48,193 bases of DNA from an uncultured bacterium (lineage in GTDB: Bacteria > Patescibacteriota > Saccharimonadia > Saccharimonadales > Saccharimonadaceae): contig CBIHLX010000001.1 in NCBI GenBank assembly GCA_966210935.1, positions 1 to 48,193 on the forward strand, read 5' to 3'. The position numbers and the translations under genes were made by a program. Shown here piece after piece: positions 1 to 11,243 of this stretch. Numbering within the stretch: position 1 is the stretch's first letter; the number at the start of each line of letters is the position of its first letter. A model generated the notes under the pieces. The model worked only from the letters and a program-made list of their open reading frames with translations, had not been told where the DNA came from and did not search any database.

Positions 1-99
1 CTATGACCCGCGGGTCCTCTACACGTAAACGTTCGGACGACCGAACCGCTAACGACTCTCATACAAAATTAAATACACGTTTATAGAAGGAGTTTTATT

Positions 100-1851
100 T
101 TGGGAACGAATAAACACACTATCAAAATCTACTGGGAACAGGTCCGTAAGTACAGGACTAGCTTTTTCATTATGCTGATCTGTATTCCAGCAGGTGCTCT
201 ACTTATTGACACCTTGCTGCCCTATTTCTTCAGTCAGGCGATTGGCGGCCTAATCGACAGAGATGCGGCAATCATTCAAACTAGTCTTCTTGCAGCAGCG
301 GCAGTCGGCATAGGGGGTGCGGCCGCCAACCTTATCGGTTTTCAGGCGCTTACTCGCCACGAGGCAAGCGTCAGAACTCAGCTCTCTAATGCAACTTTTG
401 AGAGGCTGATATCAAAAGACCTTCAATTCTTTGTCAATGAAAAAGTAGGCGCCCTCACAAGCCGCTTCATCGACTTCGTCCGGGCGGAAGTTGCCCTACA
501 AGACCTCTTGGTTATTCGCACGCTCGGCTTTGTTCTATCAGTAGGTACCGGTCTTGTTATTCTCGCCACTCAATCCTTCATCATTGCCGGCATTGTCCTC
601 GCGCTTATTGCAGCCCTGGTCGCGCAGGTAAAGTGGAGCATTAAAAAGCGCGCACCTTGGCGTCATGAACGTAAAACACTAGCCGGCGAAGTAAACGGCA
701 GCGTTGCCGATGCGGTTACCAACAACCTTGTTGTGAAAACATTTGCAGGCGAGCAAACTGAAATCGAAACTGTAGCGACGAAAAATAAACGTTTTCAGGA
801 ACTATTCATCAAAGATATCAGTTTTATCATGTACGAAGGATCTGGGCGTGTCGCATTAATGGCCATCACCCAGATCATTGCCATTAGCATTTCAGCCTAC
901 CTCGTATTCCATGGACAAATGGATGTAGCGGCTGCGATTTTTACACTCACTTACCTGCAGCGCATTGCATCACAGATCTTTATGCTTGGTGACATGCTGA
1001 ACGGCTACGACCAGGCGCTCCTTGAGGCCGCCCCAATGAGCGAGATCCTCATGAAAGAGACAGCCGTGAACAATAAGCCGGGCGCCTTAGAGCTAAAAGC
1101 CAAAAAAACACCAATTGAACTACGTGGTGTATCCTACAGATATAGCGACAGTACCGATAACGTCCTCAGTGATATCGATCTTGCTATTCCAGCTGGTCAA
1201 AAAGTCGGTCTTGTTGGTCATTCCGGCGCAGGCAAAACTACTATTACCCACCTTCTACTTCGCTTCGCTGATGTCACGGACGGCGGCATCTTTATTGGCA
1301 ACCAAGACATTCGTGACGTCACTCAAGAAAGCTTACGCCAGGCCATTGCCTACGTCCCACAGGAGCCCATGCTCTTTCACCGCAGCTTGCGCGACAACAT
1401 AGCCTACGGCAAACCCGATGCTACCGATACTGAAATTCGTAAGGCTGCGATGCAAGCGAACGCCATTGATTTTATCGAGAAACTGCCGGACGGCCTCGAC
1501 ACAATGGTTGGCGAGCGCGGCGTTAAGCTAAGTGGCGGACAACGTCAGCGTATTGCCATCGCTCGAGCTATTCTCAAGGATGCGCCGATTCTAATTCTCG
1601 ACGAAGCAACCAGCGCGCTTGATAGTGAAAGCGAAAAACTCATTCAGGATGCACTTGAGAAACTTATGAGGGGGCGTACTAGTATTGTTATTGCCCATCG
1701 TCTCTCAACAATTGCCAAACTTGATCGCATCATCGTCCTCGACAAAGGCAATATAACTGAAGACGGCACCCACACCGAGCTCCTAGCCATGAAGGGCACT
1801 TATGCTAAGCTCTGGTCACACCAGTCCGGTGGCTTTATCGAAGAAGACTAA
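100..1851 (+). CDS. ABC transporter, fused permease + ATP-binding protein (type I exporter, MsbA/MdlB-like)
   Basis: 583-aa ORF. Hydrophobic N-terminal half. C-terminal NBD with Walker A GHSGAGKTT, signature LSGGQRQRIAIAR, Walker B ILILDEATSALD and H-loop IAHRLST. TTG start at 100 preceded by GAAGGAG (86-92). Confidence 0.9.
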   Translation: MGTNKHTIKIYWEQVRKYRTSFFIMLICIPAGALLIDTLLPYFFSQAIGGLIDRDAAIIQTSLLAAAAVGIGGAAANLIGFQALTRHEASVRTQLSNATFERLISKDLQFFVNEKVGALTSRFIDFVRAEVALQDLLVIRTLGFVLSVGTGLVILATQSFIIAGIVLALIAALVAQVKWSIKKRAPWRHERKTLAGEVNGSVADAVTNNLVVKTFAGEQTEIETVATKNKRFQELFIKDISFIMYEGSGRVALMAITQIIAISISAYLVFHGQMDVAAAIFTLTYLQRIASQIFMLGDMLNGYDQALLEAAPMSEILMKETAVNNKPGALELKAKKTPIELRGVSYRYSDSTDNVLSDIDLAIPAGQKVGLVGHSGAGKTTITHLLLRFADVTDGGIFIGNQDIRDVTQESLRQAIAYVPQEPMLFHRSLRDNIAYGKPDATDTEIRKAAMQANAIDFIEKLPDGLDTMVGERGVKLSGGQRQRIAIARAILKDAPILILDEATSALDSESEKLIQDALEKLMRGRTSIVIAHRLSTIAKLDRIIVLDKGNITEDGTHTELLAMKGTYAKLWSHQSGGFIEED

Positions 1852-2043
1852 CCCGCATTGCATTAACCCTACAAATTAATACGGGTCGGGATTCGCGCAG
1901 GGTTTATCTTGGAACCCTCAGCCCCTTGCAGTGGACGTTGCTTTTTCATGTATAGTAAGTTACCCTTATGGCATCGCTCCTGGGAACCCAAAGGTTCCGC
2001 CGTCTCAAGCGGCGCGATACGCACATCATAGTTAGGGGGATAT

Positions 2044-2709
2044 ATGCCAATCGAAAGGGACGCAAGCGGGCACAGTATTTACACGCCTCTTCGCACAATT
2101 GTTACCGCGCATCCGTCAGACTTCTTCCGGGACAAACCCGAAGAGTACGTACGACGCACGGAACGAGCGCAGAAGAAGGTGTGTGATGCAATTCGCTTCG
2201 CCGAACGTCCCCTCTCTGGTCTCGGAACATGCCATGAATTCGCCATCGACCCAATGTCGTCAAAAAGCGCCGTTGGACAGCTGGCCGACTTCGCTAACAC
2301 CTACGATGATCGTCGTGCCAAAAAAGTACGGGCACAACGGCATCGCGAAGCAACTGTTGGCCTTGCGCCGCACGAGCATCGACTTCGCTCTCCGCAGAAC
2401 CTCTTCCGTCGCCGCTCGATTCTCTTCGGAGGACGAGACATTCCCGTGGATTTTTTCAACCGTAAGGTCCATGTGAGTGAAATCGATCAGTTTGTCCAGC
2501 AGATGCGCTGGACTCTGATCGAAGAAGCAATCGAAGAGATGTACGCTAGCGGCAAACTCGAGTTCGTTGGTGACATCTGGTCCGTCCGCGTGTCCGACAT
2601 GGACGCCCATCGCCTAAGCACCCAAAGGTCGAGTCGCGTTAAGCGTGATGACCGCTCATGGCACGGACGACCCAATCGGGATCGTAGCCGCGTAAAAGTG
2701 GCTCCCTAG
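2044..2709 (+). CDS. Hypothetical basic (Arg-rich) protein, no family recognised; compositionally atypical
   Basis: 221-aa ORF. ATG is preceded by AGGGGG 5 nt upstream. The central part (EIDQFVQQMRWTLIEEAIEEMYASGKLEFVGDIW) looks protein-like. G+C is visibly higher than the flanks, and overlapping alternative-frame ORFs exist on both strands, so the frame choice is uncertain. Confidence 0.4.
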   Translation: MPIERDASGHSIYTPLRTIVTAHPSDFFRDKPEEYVRRTERAQKKVCDAIRFAERPLSGLGTCHEFAIDPMSSKSAVGQLADFANTYDDRRAKKVRAQRHREATVGLAPHEHRLRSPQNLFRRRSILFGGRDIPVDFFNRKVHVSEIDQFVQQMRWTLIEEAIEEMYASGKLEFVGDIWSVRVSDMDAHRLSTQRSSRVKRDDRSWHGRPNRDRSRVKVAP

Positions 2710-2808
2710 CTTACACCCCGGCGCTAGTTGAAAAGCGTAGATGAGGATGACGCCGATACGGCCGACTCTCCTACCAACGACTAGCGACGGGGTGCTTCGC
2801 TGCCCATT

Positions 2809-2845
2809 AAAAACAGGCGCCAATCGGCACCTGTTTTATTTTTTG
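2809..2845. terminator. Bidirectional intrinsic terminator between the 2044 ORF and the bL25 gene
   Basis: AAAAA, then stem ACAGGCGCC / loop AATC / stem GGCACCTGT (8 of 9 pairs), then TTTTATTTTTT. An A-run on one side and a T-run on the other serve both convergent genes. Confidence 0.7.
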
Positions 2846-2855
2846 TAGCAATCAA

Positions 2856-3590
2856 CTACTTATTAGCATCGACATTAAGCTGCTTTGGCTCATCCTGATT
2901 CTTACCACCCGGACGGGTCTCTTCGGCACCCGTTTGCTGCTGAGTGTCTGCACCGTGGTCTGATTCGACAGTAGCAGTATCTTCTTCAGCATCACCGCCC
3001 GCGGCTTCGTTGGCTGCCTGGAGTGCACTCGGCTCATAGACGTTCGCCACAACGAGACTAGTGTCCTGCTCAATATCGGCGTACTCAACACCCTGTGGTA
3101 ACTTGATGTCAGCAAGCGTTATCTTGTCGTCGGCCGATTCGAGCTCTACGATCGAGATTTCAAGTGCCTCCGGAAGATTTGCCGGGAGTGCACGAACCTC
3201 AATCTTCTCCAGCGCCTGAAGCACGACGAGGCCGGCCTTTTCGGCAGCACTTTCACCTTCACCGGTAAGGACAACTGGTACTTCCGTGACAATTTTCTCA
3301 TTCTGCTTAATAGTATGAAAAGCGACGTGACGAACCCGATGTTTGATCGGGTCGATGTCAATTGATTTAATGATGGCTAACTTCTTCTTACCGCCAATCG
3401 TCAAGTGCACCGGTGAGTGCTTGCCGGCGGCATGTGCCACCTTGGTTGTTTCCACCAGCTGTGACTGTGTCGCGATCGGAGTGGCCCTACCGCCATACAC
3501 GACACTCGGCACAAAGCCACCGCGCCGCAAGGTAGCGACCTTTTTACCAGTTACTGTTCGTTCGTCCAGCGTGAGTGAAATATCATTCAT
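2856..3590 (-). CDS. rplY: 50S ribosomal protein bL25 (long Ctc form) with an acidic low-complexity C-terminal tail
   Basis: MNDISLTLDERTVTGKKVATLRRGGFVPSVVYGG... is the typical L25/Ctc N-terminus. Start chosen at the internal ATG 3590 because GGGAG lies about 10 nt upstream. The ORF track extends to 3656. Confidence 0.85.
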   Translation of the reverse strand: MNDISLTLDERTVTGKKVATLRRGGFVPSVVYGGRATPIATQSQLVETTKVAHAAGKHSPVHLTIGGKKKLAIIKSIDIDPIKHRVRHVAFHTIKQNEKIVTEVPVVLTGEGESAAEKAGLVVLQALEKIEVRALPANLPEALEISIVELESADDKITLADIKLPQGVEYADIEQDTSLVVANVYEPSALQAANEAAGGDAEEDTATVESDHGADTQQQTGAEETRPGGKNQDEPKQLNVDANK

Positions 3591-3673
3591 TCTTCTATGT
3601 TCTCCCTTCAGTGGTTGGTAACACGTACTCTTATTATACCATTCATAGGAGAGCATGCTAAAATAGAACCAAT

Positions 3674-4345
3674 ATGATACCCGGCGTTGATCTGATCGAA
3701 TTTATTAAGTGGGCGAGCATCTTGGGTGTTGCCCTTATTGTATTTGCTGAATCTGGACTGTTAATTGGCTTCTTCCTTCCTGGTGACAGTCTGTTATTTA
3801 CAACTGGTTTCCTCATTCACGCCGGACTCCTGCCCTTCAATATCCACCTTGCAGTACTGATTATCTTTATCGCGGCAGTTATTGGCGATAGTGTTGGTTA
3901 CACCTTTGGTCGCCGGCTTGGTCCGCACGTCTTTAAAAAGCCAGACGCTCGCCTGTTTAAGCAGGAGTACGTCCAGCGCGCTCAAGAGTTTTATGAGAAA
4001 CACGGTCCAGTTACGATCATCATCGCCCGCTTCGTTCCAATTGTCCGCACTTTTGCGCCGATTGTTGCCGGCGTTGGCAAGATGGACTACCGCCGCTTCC
4101 TAGCGTATAACATCATTGGAGGTGTTCTCTGGGCAGCTGGCGTCACCTATCTTGGCTACTTCCTTGGTGCATGGTTTGAACATATGGGCCTTGAGATCGA
4201 TCATGTTCTTCTGCCAATTATTGCTGCGATCGTTATCATTTCAGTCCTCCCTCCAGCCATCCATATTCTCAAAGAAAAGAAGAATCGTGATGCACTTATG
4301 GCAAGCACCAAGCGTCAACTTGCTATCCTGTTCGGTCGTAAATAA
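3674..4345 (+). CDS. DedA/VTT-domain family membrane protein
   Basis: 223-aa multi-TM ORF with DedA-type motifs (FFLPGDSLLFTTGF, GYTFGRRLG, IIARFVPIVRTFAPIVAGV). Confidence 0.85.
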   Translation: MIPGVDLIEFIKWASILGVALIVFAESGLLIGFFLPGDSLLFTTGFLIHAGLLPFNIHLAVLIIFIAAVIGDSVGYTFGRRLGPHVFKKPDARLFKQEYVQRAQEFYEKHGPVTIIIARFVPIVRTFAPIVAGVGKMDYRRFLAYNIIGGVLWAAGVTYLGYFLGAWFEHMGLEIDHVLLPIIAAIVIISVLPPAIHILKEKKNRDALMASTKRQLAILFGRK

Positions 4346-4367
4346 GTAGCTCTGCCGCAAAAGAAAG

Positions 4368-4393
4368 ACCGCTCCTATTTCAGGAGCGGTTTT
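4368..4393 (+). terminator. Intrinsic terminator after dedA, overlapping the 3' end of uvrA
   Basis: ACCGCTCCT / loop ATTTC / AGGAGCGGT, followed by TTT. Confidence 0.55.
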
Positions 4394-7191
4394 AGATAGC
4401 GGCCAGTAAAGGACTTCGGATGCTTAGCAACCGCCTCGGGCGTACCCTCAGCCACAACAACACCGCCACCCAAGCCACCCTCGGGTCCCATATCGATGAT
4501 ATGGTCGGCCGTTTTAATGACATCAAGATTATGCTCAATAATGACCATACTATTCCCACCCTCGACGAGCTTCTGCAAAATAGCCAGAAGGCGCTTAACG
4601 TCAGCACTGTGCAGGCCGGTCGTTGGTTCGTCGAGAATATAAAGTGTCTTGCCAGTAGCCCGGCGCGATAGCTCGGTCGCCAGCTTAATACGCTGCGCCT
4701 CACCCCCACTAAACGTCGTTGCCGGCTGACCAAGGCGAATGTAACCAAGGCCAACCTCGACAAGTGTTTCAAGCTTACGAGCGATTGCAGGTACATTCTC
4801 AAAGAAACCAGCCGCCTGCTCTACCGTCATCTCAAGAACGTCGCTAATTGTGGCGCCCTTGTATTTAATTTCAAGTGCTTCACGGTTGTAGCGCTTCCCC
4901 TTACAGACGTCACAGGTCACATAAACATCAGGTAAGAAGTGCATCTCAATTTTAATCACCCCATCACCCTGACAATTTTCACAGCGACCACCCTTAACAT
5001 TAAAGCTAAAGCGTCCGGCTTTATAGCCGCGAATATTCGCTTCCGGCGTTGCCGCAAAGAGTTCACGGATCGGCGTAAATACGCCGGTATACGTAGCCGG
5101 GTTAGAGCGCGGCGTACGGCCGATTGCGGACTGGTCAATGACAATTGCTTTGTCTAGATGGTCAATACCTTCAATGTTTTCATGAGCGCCGGGCACCGTC
5201 TGTGCACGGTGTAGGCGTGCCGACAGCTCCTTGGCCAGGATGTCGTTGACGAGCGTCGACTTACCACTACCACTGACACCGCTAACGACCGTCATAACAC
5301 CAAGTGGAAATTCAACATCGATACCTTTTAGGTTATTTTCGCGTGCGTCACGGATAATGAGTTTGCGATCCATTTCAATAGTACGGCGCTTTTTTGGCAC
5401 ATCAATTTTCTCTGTTCCAGCAAGATAGCGACCAGTCACACTGTTGCTATCATTTGCCACCTGTTCAGGCGTACCTGCCGCCACCACCGTACCGCCATTT
5501 ACACCAGCACCAGGGCCAATATCAAGAAGGTAATCAGCTTCACGAATCGTGTCTTCGTCATGCTCCACAACGAGAACCGTATTCCCAAGGTCACGTAGTC
5601 GCTTCAATGTACCAATCAAGCGATCATTGTCGCGCTGATGGAGACCGATTGACGGCTCATCAAGAACATATAGCACTCCCTGCAGGCCAGAGCCAATCTG
5701 CGTCGCAAGTCGAATACGCTGCGCCTCGCCACCAGAAAGCGTATTAGCCGCACGGCCAAGCTCAAGGTAGTTGAGACCGACATTACTCATGAAGCCCAAG
5801 CGCTCTGTAATCTCCTTCATAATCTGACGAGCAATCACCATCTCCTGCTCAGACAATGTAAATGAATTAACAAAAAGATCGAGCGCCGCATCAACGCCAA
5901 GATTACAAATATCCATGATACTCAGGCCATGGACAGTAACGGCCAACACCACTGGCTTCAAACGAGCACCGTGGCAGGCGTGACACTGACGCTCGCGCAT
6001 AAAACGCTCAATGTCTTTACGCATAAATTCACTATCGGTTTCTTTGTGACGACGTTCAAGATTTGGGATTACCCCCTCGTAGACCGACTCGAAACGACGA
6101 CCACCACCAAGATCAACTGCATATTTTTGGCTCCCTGTACCGTAAAGTACCTTCTCAAGATCATCAGCAGACAACTCGCGAACCGGTACCTGCACGCTAA
6201 AGCCATGTGCTTCAGCGACCTTGGCAAGGCGCTTCATATACCAAGCATCGCTATTTACACGGTTATAAGGACGGATCGCTCCCTCGGCAATTGTCAGGTT
6301 TGGATTGAACACGAGCTCTGGATCGATTTCAAGACGACTCCCCAAACCAGTACACACCGGACAAGCACCTTGCGGCGAGTTAAAGCTAAAGAGGCGCGGC
6401 TCAAGCTCGGGAATGTCCTCGGCAGGGTGATCAACACAGGCGTACCGCTGACTGTAAACCGTCACCCTATCACCGTCGACATCAAGCACTTCAACGACGC
6501 CGTCGGCCAGTTCGAGTGCTTGCTCTACCGACTGTGTAACGCGACCGATAACATCAGGTGCCATGACGATACGATCGACGACAATTTCAATGTCATGCTT
6601 GTAGCTCTTCTGGAGCTCTGGGAATTCATCAAGTGCATAGACAACTCCATCTACGCGCGCACGAGCAAAGCCAAGACGACGGTACTGTTCTGGCACATGC
6701 GCAAACTCACCCTTCTTGCCTTTAACAATAGGTGCGAGCAGCATTAGACGCGCACCTGACTCGCCCTTCATGATCTCATCGATAATAACCTGAGGCGTCC
6801 GACGTGCAACCTCTTTGCCACAAATTGGACAATGCGGTACGCCAATTCGTGCATACAGTAGACGCAAATAGTCATAGATTTCCGTCACCGTCGCAACGGT
6901 TGAGCGCGGGTTGCGACTAGTTGACTTTTGATCAATCGAGATAGCAGGACTCAGACCCTCGATACTGTCGACGTCTGGCTTGTCCATAATACCCAGAAAC
7001 TGGCGCGCGTAGCTACTAAGGCTTTATACGTAGCGACGCTGCCCTTCGGCATAAATAGTGTCAAACGCAAGGCTTGACTTGCCGCTGCCTGACAGGCCAG
7101 TAATTACCACTAGCTTGTCACGAGGAATTTCAACACTTACGTTTTTGAGATTGTGCTCACGAGCACCAGTAACACGAATAAACTCTGGCAT
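4375..7191 (-). pseudogene. uvrA: Excinuclease ABC subunit A (UvrA), about 938 codons, interrupted by one in-frame TAA at 7024..7026
   Basis: The 870-aa ORF 4375..6987 starts mid-protein (MDKPDVDSIEGLSPAISIDQKSTSRNPRSTV...). My reverse-complement translation of 6988..7191 gives [67 protein letters not shown] in the same frame. That is the missing N-terminal Walker A segment, with TAA where UvrA proteins have Glu (RRYVESLS). Confidence 0.85.
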
Positions 7192-7230
7192 ATTAACTAA
7201 TTATACCATTTTTTATCAGCAAGTTTCTAG

Positions 7231-7962
7231 CTACGACTCAAGCTGTCGGGTATACACCACGACGCGGTGGTCATACGTTTGACTGTCGGCTAGCCATTTG
7301 CCAGCACATGTCATAAGATTAAGCCCCCGCTCCACGCCCTCGTATGATTGCAATACGGTGCGCATATCAAGTTTCTCAAGTGGCACCGATTCCACATAGA
7401 CCACCTCATACGCCAGAATCGCACCGCTGCCTTTTTCAAGCCGCACACTATCGCCCGGCTTCAACGTATCCAGATAAGCAAAAACCCCTTTGCGCGTTGC
7501 TCCTGACGCATGCCCATCAATAAAAACCGCACCCTTCTCGCCCGGCTTCACACCTTCTGCATACCAGCCGGTGTCATCTATATGATAAGGCGCCTGCATG
7601 GTGCCATCCGTGTTCACTCCCATCGGTAGAATCCGGGCCGCCACCGACAGACGGTTGATATACAAGGCCCGCGGCAGTGATGGCTCTACGGTATAACGTG
7701 CCAGTACGTCATTTGGTAATGTTGCTTCCTCTTTCCCCTCTCGCTCGCTTGACCATACACCGTTAGCCACATCTTGAGCCTGAGTATCAACCCAGTTACT
7801 TGCGGCACCCTGCCGATATTTCAGCCAATAGTACGTACTCGCACCACCTGCCGCAATCGTAGCAACTACAAGTATGACCAGTACGCTCCTGCGCCAGGTG
7901 CGCTGCCGGCTTAATGGGGTGCTAGCCTGAGGAGGAGATTGGTATCGAGAGATTCTTTTCAT
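7231..7962 (-). CDS. Sortase, class F-like, N-terminally membrane-anchored
   Basis: 243 aa. TM segment [15 protein letters not shown]. Sortase His motif [10 protein letters not shown], Cys motif [10 protein letters not shown] (TLxTC-type) and a C-terminal R in HRVVVYT. The layout matches class F sortases. Confidence 0.8.
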   Translation of the reverse strand: MKRISRYQSPPQASTPLSRQRTWRRSVLVILVVATIAAGGASTYYWLKYRQGAASNWVDTQAQDVANGVWSSEREGKEEATLPNDVLARYTVEPSLPRALYINRLSVAARILPMGVNTDGTMQAPYHIDDTGWYAEGVKPGEKGAVFIDGHASGATRKGVFAYLDTLKPGDSVRLEKGSGAILAYEVVYVESVPLEKLDMRTVLQSYEGVERGLNLMTCAGKWLADSQTYDHRVVVYTRQLES

Positions 7963-8087
7963 ATACGCCGAAGTGCTTAATTTGCCGTCCTTGTGCTTGA
8001 TTATAGCAACATCTATTCCATCTATCGTGCTTATCGTTGCATCTCGTGAAGTGCCTCTGTTATATTCAAGCTAGATCAAGGGAATAT

Positions 8088-8375
8088 ATGAAAAAACAAG
8101 CGCTTATTATCACCATTCTCGCTATTACCATTCTGCTAGCAGAGACAGATCTCTCCAGTGATCTTCTCTTCTTCTTCCTAGTTGGTGCAATCCCCGGCAC
8201 GAGCTATAGCCTGTCATCAAACACTATGCTTACACTCATCACTATCGCCTCGGGCTTAGTATTATTTCGCCAGCCATTTGTCTGGTCAATCTTCCAGTAC
8301 AGCGTCAGGACACTCGGTAGACACCTCAACGACACTAAAGAGCGCCTTTTAAAGCGCCCTCTTGGTCAAATCTAG
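8088..8375 (+). CDS. Small hypothetical membrane protein (95 aa)
   Basis: ATG at 8088 with AAGGGA upstream. Candidate promoter TTGCAT-17-TTATAT just upstream. Two or three hydrophobic helices. Its stop overlaps the sbcB stop in a CTAG palindrome. Confidence 0.45.
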   Translation: MKKQALIITILAITILLAETDLSSDLLFFFLVGAIPGTSYSLSSNTMLTLITIASGLVLFRQPFVWSIFQYSVRTLGRHLNDTKERLLKRPLGQI

Positions 8376-9808
8376 TCGTCACTCGATTGATCTAGTGTTT
8401 CAACGGGCATGATACTCTCAGCCCACAACTGCAATTCCTGGAGGATAAACTGCTTATTCTCATCGCTCTCAGTCGTCGCTAACTTCTGTAGCGCCTTGAT
8501 AAATCGTGGCAACTGAGCAGTGACACGCTTAGCGCGCCACGCTTCCCAAGCACGCGCCTCCGTCTCGCTCAAGCTTTTAGGGTAACTACGTGCCTTGTAA
8601 TGAAGCAGCAGAGGGTCGAGCCGCTCGTCATTGAAATCGGGGTGATAATCCGACAACTCACGCTCATCGGCACTGCGTATTGACTGAATCCGAAGACGAT
8701 CACGGTCATCGACAAAACCATCATATAGTTGCGCCTCAGGATCGGGCGATTTTTCAAAATCAGGTTTATTCTCAAACGCAGTACGGACATTCTCGGCAAA
8801 ATGTGGCGCCACCACGAGGGCTGCCTTATGCCTTTCGATCGTCTCAAGATCCAGTGAAACCTTCTCCCATCCGCCTTCCTGCTCAAGCACGCCTAGCGGA
8901 GCAACCGCCGGAGACTTATTGAGATGAATTTCTTTAACATTAATTTTTAGGAAATTATCTTCTTGGCGCTCATTCCAAGTTGCGTATATCTTCTGTCGCA
9001 ACTCATCGGCCGACAACCCTACGCACGATGTCGGATCATAGCGCAGATCGTAAACAATAACACTACCGTTTCGACCAGCCGTCAGCGGAAAGGCAACGGT
9101 CGCCTTATTAAACTCCGCATCATAACGTCCGCTCACATAAACGAACGGCTGCTTATTCTCAAGATTAACCAGTTTTTTAACTTCGTTTTTATCACGCATC
9201 TTGAGTAAGTACTCATAAAGCTGCGGCTGTTTCGTACGAATCAATCCTGTCACCGCAATCAGCGCTTCAACATCGCTCAACGCGTCATGCGCCTTTAGAT
9301 GATCGATGCCATTCAGCTTCGTTAGAAGCTCCAGCTTGTTAACCGCCTTGCCGTCAATTACAGGCCACTCAATCCCATCTGGGCGCAGCGCACGTGTCAT
9401 ACGCGTCACATCAAGCAAGTCCCAGCGCGAGCGACCATCTTTCCAGGCCCATTCATATGGATCATAGAAGTTGCGCCATAATAGGTGACGAATAAATTCA
9501 TCGTCAAAACGAATGTTATTAAAACCCACTGCAATCGTATCAGGTGTAAAGATTTCGTCCATCAGAAGCTTGGCAAACTCTGCTTCCGTATAACCGTCGG
9601 TTACTGTCTGCTGCGGGGTAATGCCAGTCACCATTAAAGCCTCGGGGCTTGGCAACGTATCGTCATTGAGCTTTACAAACAAATTATAAGGCTCGCCAAC
9701 AGGATTTAGCTCCATGTCAGTGCGCTGACCCGCAAACTGCATAATGCGATCATTGCGTGGATCAAGCCCGCTTGTCTCAAGATCGTAGAAAAAGAATGTT
9801 TTACCCAT
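8372..9808 (-). CDS. sbcB: Exodeoxyribonuclease I
   Basis: 478 aa. DEDDh exonuclease motifs FFFYDLETSGLDP, GFNNIRFDDEF and AHDALSDV. It appears collinear with my recollection of E. coli ExoI (NFYDPYEWAW, SRWDLLDV, LRPDGIEWP). Confidence 0.9.
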   Translation of the reverse strand: MGKTFFFYDLETSGLDPRNDRIMQFAGQRTDMELNPVGEPYNLFVKLNDDTLPSPEALMVTGITPQQTVTDGYTEAEFAKLLMDEIFTPDTIAVGFNNIRFDDEFIRHLLWRNFYDPYEWAWKDGRSRWDLLDVTRMTRALRPDGIEWPVIDGKAVNKLELLTKLNGIDHLKAHDALSDVEALIAVTGLIRTKQPQLYEYLLKMRDKNEVKKLVNLENKQPFVYVSGRYDAEFNKATVAFPLTAGRNGSVIVYDLRYDPTSCVGLSADELRQKIYATWNERQEDNFLKINVKEIHLNKSPAVAPLGVLEQEGGWEKVSLDLETIERHKAALVVAPHFAENVRTAFENKPDFEKSPDPEAQLYDGFVDDRDRLRIQSIRSADERELSDYHPDFNDERLDPLLLHYKARSYPKSLSETEARAWEAWRAKRVTAQLPRFIKALQKLATTESDENKQFILQELQLWAESIMPVETLDQSSDD

Positions 9809-9878
9809 TACCTTCAGTATAACACCGAGAAAGATTAAAGTATTCGGTCAATAAACCACCCAGTAAGAAGGGGGAGTT

Positions 9879-11221
<1,343 letters not shown>

Positions 11222-11243
11222 AGATAAGCATGAAAAGTTGGGT

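Noticed and set aside
1852-2850. A known structured RNA in the high-G+C gap (RNase P RNA, tmRNA, SRP RNA or a group II intron).
   Set aside because: I could not find hallmark sequences: GGAAAGTCC-type P4 for RNase P; a tRNA-like TTCGA T-arm plus CCA end for tmRNA; or a GTGYG 5' end with domain V for a group II intron. A protein-coding reading with SD and terminator is at least as plausible.
5929-6747. 272-aa plus-strand ORF inside uvrA. Similar long antisense or alternative-frame ORFs occur at 15441..15956, 15749..16423, 16478..17317, 18432..19166, 25128..25682 and 46148..46678.
   Set aside because: All are embedded opposite or out of frame to genes with unmistakable conserved motifs. Their translations are compositionally odd, with no SD or motifs. 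They are treated as shadow ORFs.
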